Shown here piece after piece: positions 34,118-46,160 of a stretch of DNA of 64,000 bases. Under the pieces are notes generated by a model, which did not search any database, was not told the origin of the DNA, and saw only the letters and a program-made list of their open reading frames with translations. Every line of letters begins with the position of its first letter. Positions within the stretch are counted from its first letter, which is position 1. The stretch is from Lepidodermella squamata (Eukaryota > Animalia > Gastrotricha). Position numbers and translations under genes: made by a program. Where the stretch lies: positions 2,170,001-2,234,000 of the forward strand of contig JBLDXI010000013.1 in assembly GCA_047495785.1 (NCBI GenBank), written 5' to 3'.

Positions 34118-36012
34118 TCAATAAGAGCCGCCTCGTTTAACGATAATCTCCACAGTTGCTGGGACATTCAGGCCTCGGTTCGAGCTCATCTGAGCCAGAC
34201 TAAGCGGCGTCAAGCCTTTCGAAGTTCTCGAATTTCTCAGATTGACAGTTGAAGGGTCAAAATCTAGTAGTAATGCAACCATATCAGGGTCAGCTATGAT
34301 CGCCGCGTGATGAATCGGTAAATACCAAGATCTATCCCGAATTCGGGTTAATCTCAGCATTTCATCCTCACCGCGTTCCAGTAGCAGCCGGGCAATGGCG
34401 ATTGCGCGATAAATCACCGCGAAATGTAGCGGCGATTTAGCGTCGCATTGAGTCGTAGTCATCGAGGCATCTTTGTCGAGCAGAACAGCGACTACGTCGG
34501 TGTTATTAGCTCGAATGGCAACCTCAAGGGCGGTGCATTCGCTGCCGAAATGGCGTTGTTTGACCAGGGCTGGGTAGGCGTCGGTTAGGAAATCGACGAT
34601 ATCGGTGTAGCCACCCTGCGCGGCTAGATGGATGGGCATGGCGCCGTTGAGTGAGTCCGAGGCGATGACGTTCGCCGCCGCGGTTTCGACTAGGTACCGG
34701 ACGACGGCGAGAGAACCGTTAGCGGCCGCGGTCAGAAGGGCAGTTCTCGAGTATTCACAGGGTGCCTCAATATAGGCGCCGGCTTTTTCTACCAGATATC
34801 TGAAGGAAAAAAATTGAAGTTTTAGTTTGATATGATTTATACTGAAAAATGACCTGAAAACTTATAAATTCTAATTTCGCTTCGTATTGTTTGAGAAATT
34901 TAGAAAAATTTAAGTTAGAAACAGTCCGAAATTTTAACCGCAAGTGAAAATGCGATGCGTGATTCTTCCTGCAAATTTTGATTAATTTTCCATTTTCCTC
35001 TAATTTTGGCAATTTAAAGATTTGAAACGCGCTTGAAAGCGAACCTTGAAATAACGAGTTTTGGATGCGCATTAAAATTCAAGATACCTATTCCTATCAT
35101 ATAGGAATCCTAATCCTAATATTAGAAATTAAGAGCGGATTTTTTGTTCAAGAAAATGGGAAGTATTTTTGCCGGCCAAAATCACCACATTTTCCATCTG
35201 ATCTTCAGGTGAATGCTCTGCTAAAACACATTGCTGGATTTATAGTTTTTTTTCATTTCAGTCAGAGTATGGTAAGGACTGATGAGGAAATTAATTGAAA
35301 TTGTCGACTCACTTGACCACCGCCAATTGGTTACTTGCAGCAGCTACGCATAGCGGAGTGCTTTGCCAATTATCTCTCTCCTCCGTGGCATGAGGCGCTG
35401 CATCGATGAGTGCTTCAACGATTTTAACATAACCCCGCTGAGCCGCTAGATGAATCGGCATCTGGCGACGGATGTAGGGCATAAATGGCGCCGCGAAGCC
35501 TGGCTGGTCGTCGAGTGCAAACTGGTTGACGCGCCATTTTTCAATGAATAGCTGAACGATTTTCAGCGCGCCAAATTGCGCGGCAACGTGCAGGGCTGTT
35601 CTGCGCAGATTCTCCTCGTTCGGCACGGCTAACAACGCGTCCGGATCGACTCCAAATTTTTTCGCGTTGTAGAGAATGTTCCGCACAACCGTTAAATTGC
35701 GGTGACTGATTGCCGTATGCAGGTTCCGGAACATCGTATTGAAATCTGATATCGTATAGCATAGTCAATTATCGAATGAATAATAGGAAAAATAAGCCAA
35801 TGAAAAAGCAAAAAATAAAAAAAAACGAAATAAAAGTGCCTACAATTAAATAAGTAAAATATTAAAAAAATGGAAAATATTTAAAAAAGTTACCAGAACT
35901 CGTAACTAATACCCTCCTTACCTCGGATATCATCGTTATCGCTACCCATGACAGTTGAAATCGAAACTGCGGCGATGCCAGCAAACAGAAGTGAAAAAAT
36001 TGAACAGGCCAT
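34118..36012 (-). CDS. Ankyrin-repeat protein with N-terminal signal-peptide-like exon; exons 36012-35922, 35745-35313, 34799-34118
   Basis: TALHVAA, MPIHLAA, TPLCVAA, TALLTAA, SPLHFAV and TPLSLA repeats. In-frame splices DIR|DFNTMF and VVK|YLVEK. Confidence 0.85.
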
Positions 36013-36528
36013 TGCTTCTATAGTTACTATTGATGCTTTTAGTTCCGTGGATTCTAAAATATTTATTTGTTCTCAAGATAAATTATAAGTGGACAGCGGT
36101 TAAGAAGAGTTGTGCATCGTTGCCGTGTTTATCTAATTTGACACAACCTGTACTACGCTACTGCCCAACGTTCTGCCCGAAAAGTAATCATAATCCGATT
36201 AAAAAGTTGCTCATGTGTGCGTTGAAATTTGTTTGGCCGCGTGAGATAATAATTTGCTACGTGACGTGCGTCGCATTTTTTTCTCTTCCATATAGGTAGC
36301 CAAAATAATGCGGGAAAAAGATGTTTTTGTTGTCAACTTCCAGTGCGTTTGTTTTCTGAGGCTATAATATAGGCATTAAGGTGAGAAAGAAACAAAGTCG
36401 TAAAAATTACGATAATATTAGCACTGTCGCTAATTATCATTATAACAGCAGTTTAGTTTATTACCTAGTCATGTGCAAAAAGGGCACGGTTACAATGTCC
36501 GTGAATCACTTACTTACTTCACTTACAT

Positions 36529-36584
36529 TCACTTACTTCCTTGTTTTACTTGATTTAAATCAAGTAAAACAAGGAAGTAAGTGA
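36529..36584. repeat. Perfect 56-bp spacerless palindrome
   Basis: tcacttacttccttgttttacttgattt|aaatcaagtaaaacaaggaagtaagtga. Confidence 0.9.
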
Positions 36585-36685
36585 GTGAAGAGTAAACAAC
36601 ACTTTTTAAGGTTATAATTTATGCAAATGTCTCTTGATTCTAAATCAAGTGAGAAATAGAAAAACAACTTATTTGTAGACGAAAT

Positions 36686-39006
36686 TTAAACACCACGAAT
36701 CAGACCAGAAGTTGAGGCTGAGAGCGCAATTGCAAACAGTGCGACGCACAAATTCTGGTAAAACGGATTTCTGACCAGTAAAATGACCAAAATTGCCGCA
36801 AAAATAGTCGATAAAAAATTACCAATTGCAAGTGTCAATCGGTAATAATCATGGCCTAATTTAGCCCGCCGAAGTCTGTACAGCGATGATAGGCATTTGA
36901 TGCCAGGGATGAAATGAACCGCAATAAACGCAAACATCCAAGGGTAATCGAAGCGATACCTGCAAATCGAGCCGTAATTCGTGTACATAACATCTTTCTG
37001 CTCGTCATATTCGCTTTCGAATTGAAATTCCCGAGATAGGAAATGTTTAGGATTCCAAGCGGCCCAGCAAGATAGGATTGCGGCATTTATAACTGCAAAA
37101 AGTAAGCAATGTCCCGTCAGTATTTCGTCGATCAACAGCTGGACCAAGGATCTCTTAGCATTAACAATAGATATCTGCGTTGATGCGAAGTGGAAATCAT
37201 CGCCATAAGTAACTGAGTGAGGACTTATTTTCGCCGTTGAATTTGCTGGTTTCGACTGATATTTACGGCTGAAAATACTAGTTTTTGCCCAAAAAGCGCA
37301 CATCATGGCGCATAGGCCGCCAATTAGGAGGACTAATCGAAAAGAACAAACAGAACCTCCAGCTAATCGACTGTCTATAACGAAGAATATCGCACTAATA
37401 TCGACCGAGCTACAACCCAAGATCAGAACTAAATTCCACCGCTGTTTAAATTCGGTGAAAATCAGAGATCCGAGCCATATTCCGTTCAAACCAGCTAAAA
37501 CGTGCGTAACTATAGCTGCTTCAAAAGGTACCCCTAGGGTCTTATTCAGCGTCGACCAACTATCGCTCGGGAAATTGCCGTCCTTCGTATTTGGCCAGAT
37601 GAATTTTTCTCCCAAGAAGCGATAAGCTAAAATATTTGTCAATTCAGCACTTTGATTCAACGCGACTTGGTACACAATTTGAAGTCTCGGCGCATTTTCA
37701 ACCACCGAAGCCGAATGGTTGAAGAACCCGAAAAATTGAGGCTCAAAATCCATTTCCAGACGATTCGAATACGATGCCTGGCCTACTCTCAAGCTCAGAA
37801 AATTTGATTCTGCAACGCTCTGATTTGCTATATTCCTAACCCTTGGGTTCAGGTCGAAGTCCCTCAAGCTCAAATTTTGAGTGTTCAATTTTCGCTCGGC
37901 TCGATCAAGCGCTAGAATTACTTCAAGCATACCATCATGACAGTAATATTTCGACTTAGGATCCAATGTTCGGTTAGATCTAGCCGAACTTTCCCGCTCA
38001 AATTCGGGTAAATCGTAGCCTAATGCCGTTTTCCCGTAATTTCGATCTGGTACCAAAATCGGACCGAGCCAAACGACGCTTTTATACTGCTCATATATCA
38101 TTTCCTTGGTACAACCCGGTGGGAGATTGATCAAAGCTGGGTCGAATAGATGAAGCGTTTGACTCGTGAAAACGTATCTTTGCCCTCGAATTCCGAACTG
38201 ATAGGACTTGCACCAGAAATCGATTAGGAAACCACTCCCGCTTGAATCGACGGAAATAATTCGTAGATTGCTGGATTTTAGAGACAACATCAGCTCATCT
38301 GTGACCTTTGGTGCCAATTCGAACCAGGCGACCTTAACGCCAAGATCCGTGCACAGTTGATAGAACAGCTTCGCAGTTCCTACATCGAATAAATTATCGG
38401 AAAACGCGAGTATGGCCACTTTTTTCCACGTTGACTGCAGGCTGACCACTGCGGCTCTTTGATAGGCTATGTTTAGGCCCGGAATTCGAATTCGATAAAC
38501 GTTAGGGTACCTGATTCGATTGGCGACCAAGTTAGGTGCTCCGCAGCCCAATGAGACGGTTGTTAGGCCTAAATGATGGAGGAGAGGACCGGCTTTCTCG
38601 CAACCTGACCGATCATTATTTTGAAAATAAAAGAAAAATAAATAAAAATGAAAAATTAACCTGGTGAGAAAAAAGGACCCAGGGTGATTGGCGCCTTAAA
38701 TGAGTTATTTTCCTGATCATTAGGACTTTGAGCGAAATCCAAAAAGGATTTAGCACTGTTAACAGACAGTGGACCTTCGTTGTAGAAAATAGGTTCGATG
38801 AAGTAGTCTGGAAGTATGTCGGGCTTCGAATTTGCAGCGTCAATTGCGACTTGAGCCGCTAAGCGGCATGTGAACTCTTCAATCGGCATCAGCAGCATTA
38901 CTTTCAATCGGAATTTTTTTGAAGTAGCCAGTGATTGGGTAGATAGACATTCGCATTGACTCACAAAAGTTAGGAAAAATAGGAATCGTCTGAGATTATC
39001 ACTCAT
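36686..39006 (-). CDS. Divergent class C GPCR, GABA-B-receptor-like (Venus flytrap + 7TM); exons 39006-38661, 38604-36686
   Basis: Signal peptide; AAQVAIDAANSKPDILPDY, GPFFSPGC and SLGCGAPNL..RYPNVYR (ANF/VFT motifs). Seven hydrophobic segments include NLVLILGC, CSFRL..FWAKT and ILSCWAAWNP; no cysteine-rich domain. Confidence 0.8.
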
Positions 39007-39561
39007 TCCGTGTTTTAGTTTCAAGCTTTCGAGTCAAAAAAATTTAATAGAAGCGAGTCTTCACCCCTATCCCTTTCATAATGTGCGAATGCACACCCAC
39101 GTCTCGTTAACTCATCCAGAATCTTTGTACTACGTGACTTTTAAAGGGTATACTTCCACGTATTGCCCCTAACATGAGTTAATTATCAAGATATTTGAGC
39201 TGACTTCTGTCAACATGCGGGGAAAGAAACGGGCTCGTCGGCTTTTGTCCTGGGGAGCTCTATTAACGAAATGAAAAGTTCGAAGTCGCGAAAAATTCCC
39301 AAAATAAACGAACATCTCAGAGTCATAGTATCATATAACTAATTAATATCATTTTTGTTTGTCTTTATATTCAAAATAAAGTATTGTTACAATTTTCAAA
39401 ATTTTATGACGTAGCCCGATTTCGAAACTAATTGAATATGAATTGCGAACAAGCTGCGCCATAGGAAATTGAATCTTCAAATGGAATTGAAGCGATAGTT
39501 CCAAGTCATTCTCATCTTTTCTCTTGTGCCTTAACAGTTGTGGTTTTACTTTACAAAAACT

Positions 39562-41466
39562 ATGACTAGGTTATCCTCTTCGTTGTACGCCTTTCTTTAC
39601 AGCTTTGCTTTGTTGGGTTTTCTCACCTGTCTCGACTCATTTCCGTTCTATCAACTGCAAATTCCGAATGGTAACATTTCGGCTGTAAAAACAAAGTTGC
39701 CTTAATCATTAAGTTTTTTAAGGTGGTCGAATTCCGAACCCATGCGATCGATCTATAATCTGGCAAGGCGTTGGTCACGAGAACTCGTCCGGATCTGGCT
39801 CTCGCAATCCATTCGGCCAGGCCTTCGCTGCTCAAGGCCACAGATGGACTAAGGAATTGTGCCAGGCTGACAGTGACAACGACGGTCGAACCAATGGCGA
39901 GGAACTCGGCGATCCAGACTGCACCTGGAACATGATTGGCGAGCCAGCCATGACCGATCCAGCTCAACTTTCCCATCCAGGTAAAATCGAAAATTTATTT
40001 GAAAAATAATTTAAAATGATTCTTCAATTCAGGAGTTTGCGAGCCGATCGAAGCGCCGAAATGCCGGAAGATGAACGATTTTCTTCGCAAAAACGACATT
40101 TGCCGGAGGGTATTGGATCGAATTCGAAAGGAGGAAGAAATGCAAGCAAACAACGAAGAGAGCAGCGAGGCACAGGAGCGAAGCTCCCACTTCACAACGC
40201 CCTACCCACAAACAGGTTTTCACCTCATTTTCTCCCATATTTGAACCTGAATTTTTATCACCATTTTTAATAGAGGAGAAACAAGAAAATGAGAATCAAA
40301 AGCCTGAGGCGGAGACTACAACTGCTTCCACCATGGCTCTGCCCGCCGAAGTTCTAATCTACCGAGGACCTCTCGACGAAGTCATTGGAGGTGAAATTCA
40401 GCAGATCGAACAGCCAGGAAGTGTCAAGACTGAGGAGGCCCAGAAGCAACTGGCCGAACAGCCGAGCAGTTTGCCAACCGATGACATGCTGAAACAACAT
40501 GCTGAACAGCCGAGTTTGCCGACTGATGAAGTTCAGAAGCTACAGGCCGAACAAGGTCAAACCCAACAAGAACCGAGCCAATCTCAAGAATTTCAGGGTC
40601 AAGTTCCGACTCAGCAAGAAACTCAGATTCGGCAGCCAACAGTCAACGATTCGGTACTACCACCGCCTCCCAACGCTGTTGCCTACCAGACCGTGACGAT
40701 GATGGCTGAAAATTTTCCGGTTGAAGTTCAAATCCCGATACCGGGTGTCGGAGATTGGTTCGATCAGTCTTTGACAGATGGTTCGAATCGGCAACAAGCT
40801 TCGGGGACCGAACAGCAACCTTTTGGAACCGAGCAGCCAGCTTTCGGTAACGAGCAGCAAGCTTTTGGAACCGAGCAGCCAGCTTTCGGTAACGAACAGC
40901 AAGCTTTGGGAGCCGTGCAACAACCCGAAACTTCGGAGACTTTTCTTGACAATCAGCAACAGCAGCTTCAAAATCAGCAACAGGTTGGCAACGAACAGGA
41001 GGGACTTGAAAACCGAGCTGGTGGTGTGGTACCCGATCGTACCGAGGTGTTCCAACTTCCAACTGTTTACCAGGAGTTCACCCCGGGTCAAAAGCCTGAT
41101 CTCAAGTACTACTTCGAGCAAACTGGTGGTAACGGAGCTTTCCCTCCAGGGCCAATGGCTGAAGGTCCAGCAGAATTTCGCCAAGCTCTACCGCCACCCA
41201 TGATTGCACCTGGCCCGGCTCCTCCAGGACCAGAGGTGGTTCCAGTGATTGCTCGGCCATTTGTTTCGATTTCGCCTCCCGTTGAAGTTCGACCGATTCC
41301 TCAACAAATCGGTAGGGTGCCAGCCGTAGCCGTACTGCCGATTATGCAACCGCGGTACCCGCCTCCCCGCATTGCGCCTTATCAATGGGCCCGGCACCGC
41401 AGCGGCGCCTGCTCGACAGTTGCGGGCTTCGTCGTCCTAATTTCACTGATGGCCTTATTTTTCTAG
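39562..41466 (+). CDS. Temptin domain + long Q/E/P-rich stalk + GPI-like tail, multi-exon
   Basis: MTRLSSSLYAFLYSFALLGF..; IPNG|GRIPNPCD..DSDNDGRTNGEELGDPDC..HP|GVCEP; joins ORF 40333-41466, which ends VAGFVVLISLMALFF. Confidence 0.85.
40805..40925 (+). repeat. Coding 21/42-nt tandem repeat (FGTEQPAFGNEQQA)
   Basis: ggaaccgagcagccagctttcggtaacga.cagcaagcttt occurs twice, plus flanking partial units. Confidence 0.8.
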
Positions 41467-41757
41467 ACATTATTCTGAAAAAATTATTGTTGCTTTCAAA
41501 TCACATTACCGTCACGCTTTTTTTTATTGCTCGCTCATCTTGACGAAATACTAAATGCAATAAAATTTTAAATTAACCTGTGGACAAAAATTAACGCGTG
41601 GGTTTTTTGCGTCATGAATATCAATTTGAGTGATCGATTTATTTTAATACATGCCCGTCTGATAGCACTTGATCAGGTTGGCCTTGAAGAAGGTGACTCA
41701 CATGCATGATACAAAAAATCCAAACCACATTTCCTTCTGATTAAAAATCAGCCAAAA

Positions 41758-42722
41758 ATGATGGAGAAATTAACGATTTTTCTGCTATTGAGCTTGGCGA
41801 CGCTGGTATCAACATTAAGCAAATACCGGGTGCTAATTCCGAACTCAATGAAAGTACCTCACCCTTGCAATGCTTCGGCAATTTGGTATGGTAAGTTCAG
41901 AAAATTTATGGTTTTTTTCTATTTTTGATAAAATTCGTGAAGCTATCGGCCACGAAAGAGAAAAAGGAGGTGGCCAAAGGACTTCTTTCGGCCGCGATTT
42001 CGTTGTTATTGGCAACCGATCATGGACCGTTGCGTTGTGTCAGGCCGATAGTGACGGTGATGGTAAGACAAATGGTGAGGAATTGGGCGATCCTAACTGC
42101 GTATGGATGGCTGGGGTGAACTTGACCGTTTCAAATGCCAGTAATTTGTCGCACCCTGGTGTTTGCGAACCGATAGACTCGCCTCGATGTGCGAACAAGT
42201 CGTCTTTCCTACTAATGCCGGTTAATAATTGTCCTATGGCGGCTCTTTACAATTATCCAGATCCTGCAAGTAAATTTTAGGCCAGAATTTTCTTTGATAT
42301 TTACCAATTTTTGATCGTCATACCTATTAGGTAACCTGACGATGGGCAACTTGACGATTGCCTCAAATTCAATGGTTGTTGGGAATAATATGACAACACA
42401 GTTTATTCAGTCTCAAACAACAGTTCCTTACTCGGCTACTTCAGCCCGTCCCGATTCAGCTGGGACGTCGAAAAACGATGGAAAAATGGATTACGTCCCT
42501 TCCAGTCCAGCAACGACTTGGGGATTGACGACTTCGGGTCAATCTGGTAATCCACCTGTAATTAGTACGACGCATGCCGCTACTACAACGCAAACAGTTC
42601 CGCTTGCGCAGACTACGGCGAAAGGTCAGCAATCAACCTCGGATGCGAACACCCTGCCTAAAGCTGCGATGACTTCGGTTGTTTTTAATGCGATTTTATT
42701 TATGCAATTAGCCTATTATTGA
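41758..42722 (+). CDS. Temptin domain + Ser/Thr stalk + GPI-like tail, multi-exon
   Basis: MMEKLTIFLLLSLATLVST; IPNSMKVPHPCN..WY|AIGHE..DSDGDGKTNGEELGDPNC; ends VVFNAILFMQLAYY. Confidence 0.85.
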
Positions 42723-42799
42723 GATGGGCTCGGTCTCTCATAGAAGTTGCACAACGGCATTAGTCCAGTTGGAAAATTACAATAATAATAACATGACAC

Positions 42800-43733
42800 T
42801 TGACTGTTAACAAGTGAAAAGTGGGGTTTGACGATTTTTCTATATTTTCCAGCAATTCGCAAAAAGGGTGTTGACTTTAAGAAGGACGAAATTCCAAAAT
42901 GGCTTGCGGAATTTCAGAACTCTAGGATGCTCCCATCCTCCTTAAAAAAACGGGAAAACGTGTGTTGCTTAAAAGTGTTAACGATTGAGGTTGACGTGGA
43001 GACACCAGCTTGATACCGCCAAATTTTCCGAATATTCAGTAAATTTCCTCACCTCAGATTACCCTAAAAATGTGTCGACTGCCAATAAAAAAACATAAGT
43101 AGAACTTATGAAGGGCAAAATAATTTATTAATTGAGGCAATAAAAACTAAATTTTTTATGCGCAATTTTTTGGAAATGATCTGTATAAAGACCAATTTGT
43201 CAGCCAAGCTAGTGACTATTTATATTTGTCTGATATAGCACGAGTAAAGAGTCTATATCTGAACGGAGCCGGCCGAGATTTACGAATCGGAACGAGTCGC
43301 AGACGAGTGGAGATGAGTAAATCGAGTACGGCGAGTTCAGATATAAACGATTTACGAGTGCTGTATCAAAAAATATTGCATGAGCACATCTACTAACACT
43401 ATATTTTTGAAACGAATGCTATATTTGTATGGTATGACATGAGTAAAACGTTTATATCTGTACGGAGCCGGCCGAGATTTACGAATCGAAACGAGCCGGA
43501 GGCGAGTTGAGATGAGTAAATCGAGTACGGCGAGTTCAGATATGAACGATTTACGAATGTTATACCGTAAAATATCGAATTGTCATAGCGACTCGACCTA
43601 TATTTTTGACGACAATTCTATATTTATTTTTGATACCTTTCGACTACTCGTTGATTGATCTTGAAAGCGACATCAAATTCTCACCATGTCAAAAAAGTTC
43701 GCCAAACTCCATTTTTCACTTGTCAACTGTCCA
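42800..43733. mobile_element. MITE (family shared with 53038-53578) containing a nested insert
   Basis: TIR ttgactgttaacaagtgaaaagtggggtttg / caaactccatttttcacttgtcaactgtc; internal blocks are colinear with the 53038 copy. Confidence 0.8.
43231..43566. repeat. Two direct copies of a ~135-bp self-complementary unit nested in the MITE
   Basis: 43231-43368 and ~43433-43566 share acggagccggccgagatttacgaatcg..gagatgagtaaatcgagtacggcgagttcagatat; the ends of each unit are inverted repeats. Confidence 0.8.
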
Positions 43734-44608
43734 TTCTAATTTGGCAACTTCGGTAATGTCTGAAGAGGTTTAGCATTTTTAGTTGTAAATAAAATTTATT
43801 GGTGCGCTTTTGTGCTTTTTTAATAATCCTCCCTATTTAAAATTATATTATGGAGTCACAGTTCGCAGTTATAATGTTGTTATTGAATTAGATGTGGGTC
43901 ATCGCGGAACATGCTTCGAGCGTGGGAGAGACAACCCTTCCCACAACTGCGGAACAGTTACTTCTGAAATTACAACAGTTGCCTCGACGGAAGTTCACTG
44001 CTGCGGTAAAAACGACCGCAATAGAGGTGCAAATTAAAACCACTCGCCCCGCGATGAGAACGCGACACATCCGACATTTTGAAGGATGCAAACACACCTT
44101 TCATGTGGATATTGATCACTTTTTGCCTGTTACAACAGTTTAACCTCGCAATGATGCCTCAGCCGTCCCCAGACGAGCCAATTTCGACGTGGGAACTCAG
44201 ACACTACCCTTTCGAGGAATTACCTCAGAACCTGCATTAATTAACCTTAGTAACAGCTATATCATTCGCCATGTCCCTAGAGACTTTCGATCTCGCTACA
44301 TTTTTATAAACATTCAGGATGTTATCGAGTCAATCATCTAGATTACCTAAACGAGAAAACTGCACTTAAGGGAAGACAAACACGGCGGTACAAAATTTGA
44401 ACTTCAGCGAATAAAATGGAATAAAACTTTTCGAAATGACTTTTTACGATCAACATTTATAGCTGATTATAAAGAGCATACACATAGGCAGCGGTGAATG
44501 AGTAAAGGCAATCATCTGAAATTGAAAGATGATACCTCGCTCTAGCCAGCAGGTCTTGCGAAATTCTTCTTCAGATCCCCCTCATGACATTATCACGTTT
44601 TTAATACG

Positions 44609-45543
44609 ATGATGATGATGATGATGTTGAACAAAGCGCTAGTTCTGTTATCTATTTTGTATCACCCAGTAAGTTCGCTCGCTAGATACAAAGCTTTAAT
44701 CCCAAACGGATACCAAGTTCCACATCCTTGCGATCCAGCAATAATATGGAGCGGTAAAATAACTATAATTTAATTAAAATTTTGGATAAATTCAGTTCTC
44801 CGCTATTCAAGGCGTTGGTCATGAAAGGCAAACAGGTGCAGGGGAGCGAAATGCATTCGGTCGAGATTTCAGCCTGGCAGGTCACATGTGGACGCCTGAT
44901 CTGTGCCGTAAGGACAGTGACGGCGATGGGCGGACGAATGGGCAGGAATTAGGCGATCCTAACTGCGTGTGGAGCTTCAACGCTAATGCAGCCGTTGCCG
45001 ATGCTAGCCAGATGTCTCACCCGGGTGTTTGCGAGCCGATCGAATCGCCGCGATGCGCTAATCGAAATTTATTCCTGCTGCTACCTGTCAATAACTGCTC
45101 GATGGCTGCGAGGTACAACGTCCCAAGATCCGAACGAAGTAATTTTTCTTATAAAAAAAAATTGAAAATTTTAAACGATTTTTGTAGCCTCAACTACGGC
45201 TCCAGCCATCAACGTCACAATGCGTTGGAATCCGACTACTCCAATGAATGAAACAGTTGCAATTTCGACTGCCATGATGTTGATAAATTCGACCACGATG
45301 GTAGCCCTGCCGACGACTGGCATGGCTCCAGCCCAGACTACGCCAGCAATTAGCCAACAGACGACGACAGGTCGACCGATGACGACCATGCCAGCCCAGC
45401 CTGTTGTTGCGGTTACTACTGCTGCTCCCGCCCAAGCAACTCCGGCTAAAACTTCGATGAATTCAAGAGCTTCGGGCATTCAATCAACTTATCAGGCGAT
45501 TCTTCTCGGCCTGCTGTATCTATCATATGGGAAATTTTACTGA
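44609..45543 (+). CDS. Temptin domain + Thr/Met stalk + GPI-like tail, multi-exon
   Basis: (ATG)6 then LNKALVLLSILY..; IPNGYQVPHPCD..WS|GVGHE..DSDGDGRTNGQELGDPNC; ends AILLGLLYLSYGKFY. Confidence 0.85.
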
Positions 45544-46160
45544 AACCACACAAAAATCGAAATATTGCCATGTACCTCAATAAAGGCTGCCCGAACCTAT
45601 TCTTTAAGTTGATTAATTATTAACAATTTTTTAGCAAAATATTCAAGCTTTTAAAGCCATATTTTCGAATGGAACTTACCTTCAACCGGTGTTATTATAA
45701 ATTAATCTCACTCATCTTGTTAAAATGTTTTAGTATTTCAAGTAATTTTATGAAGTAATAAACCTTGATGTAGGTCAAGTTTCCAGTCAAGATTTTTTGT
45801 CTGAATCAGGACTTTGGCTTTTTTCAGGCTATAAGCCTCGTGATTTATTCGCATGCGTGTTCAAAAGTCTTTCCGAACGAACTTTCTCGCAGCGTTTTAA
45901 CGCAAATAATAGGCGTCCCGCAAAACTATAAGCAGCTGGCAAGCCGGAATACATCGGCAAAACGCAAAGAGCCGGAAGCGCAAAGTCTCGCAAGTCGTCA
46001 TTTTTTATATGACACTGCACGACACCACGCCCGCCTCCTCTCTGTCTCGCGCTTTCTTGCTAAAACTTGATATTTATCCTGAGGATCAATTTCACCCCAG
46101 GAGAGATAATCACCTGCGTTTTGGAACGCTCATAGTCGCAATTTCATCGGTCAGAAAAAA

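Noticed and set aside
43231-43566. Repeat-spacer-repeat pattern suggestive of CRISPR
   Set aside because: Only two ~135-bp units, eukaryotic context and no cas genes.
43810-44250. Short ORFs between the 41758 and 44609 genes, and a 12-nt match to the RTE 3' motif at ~44159
   Set aside because: No recognisable domain or splice structure; the match is too short to call.
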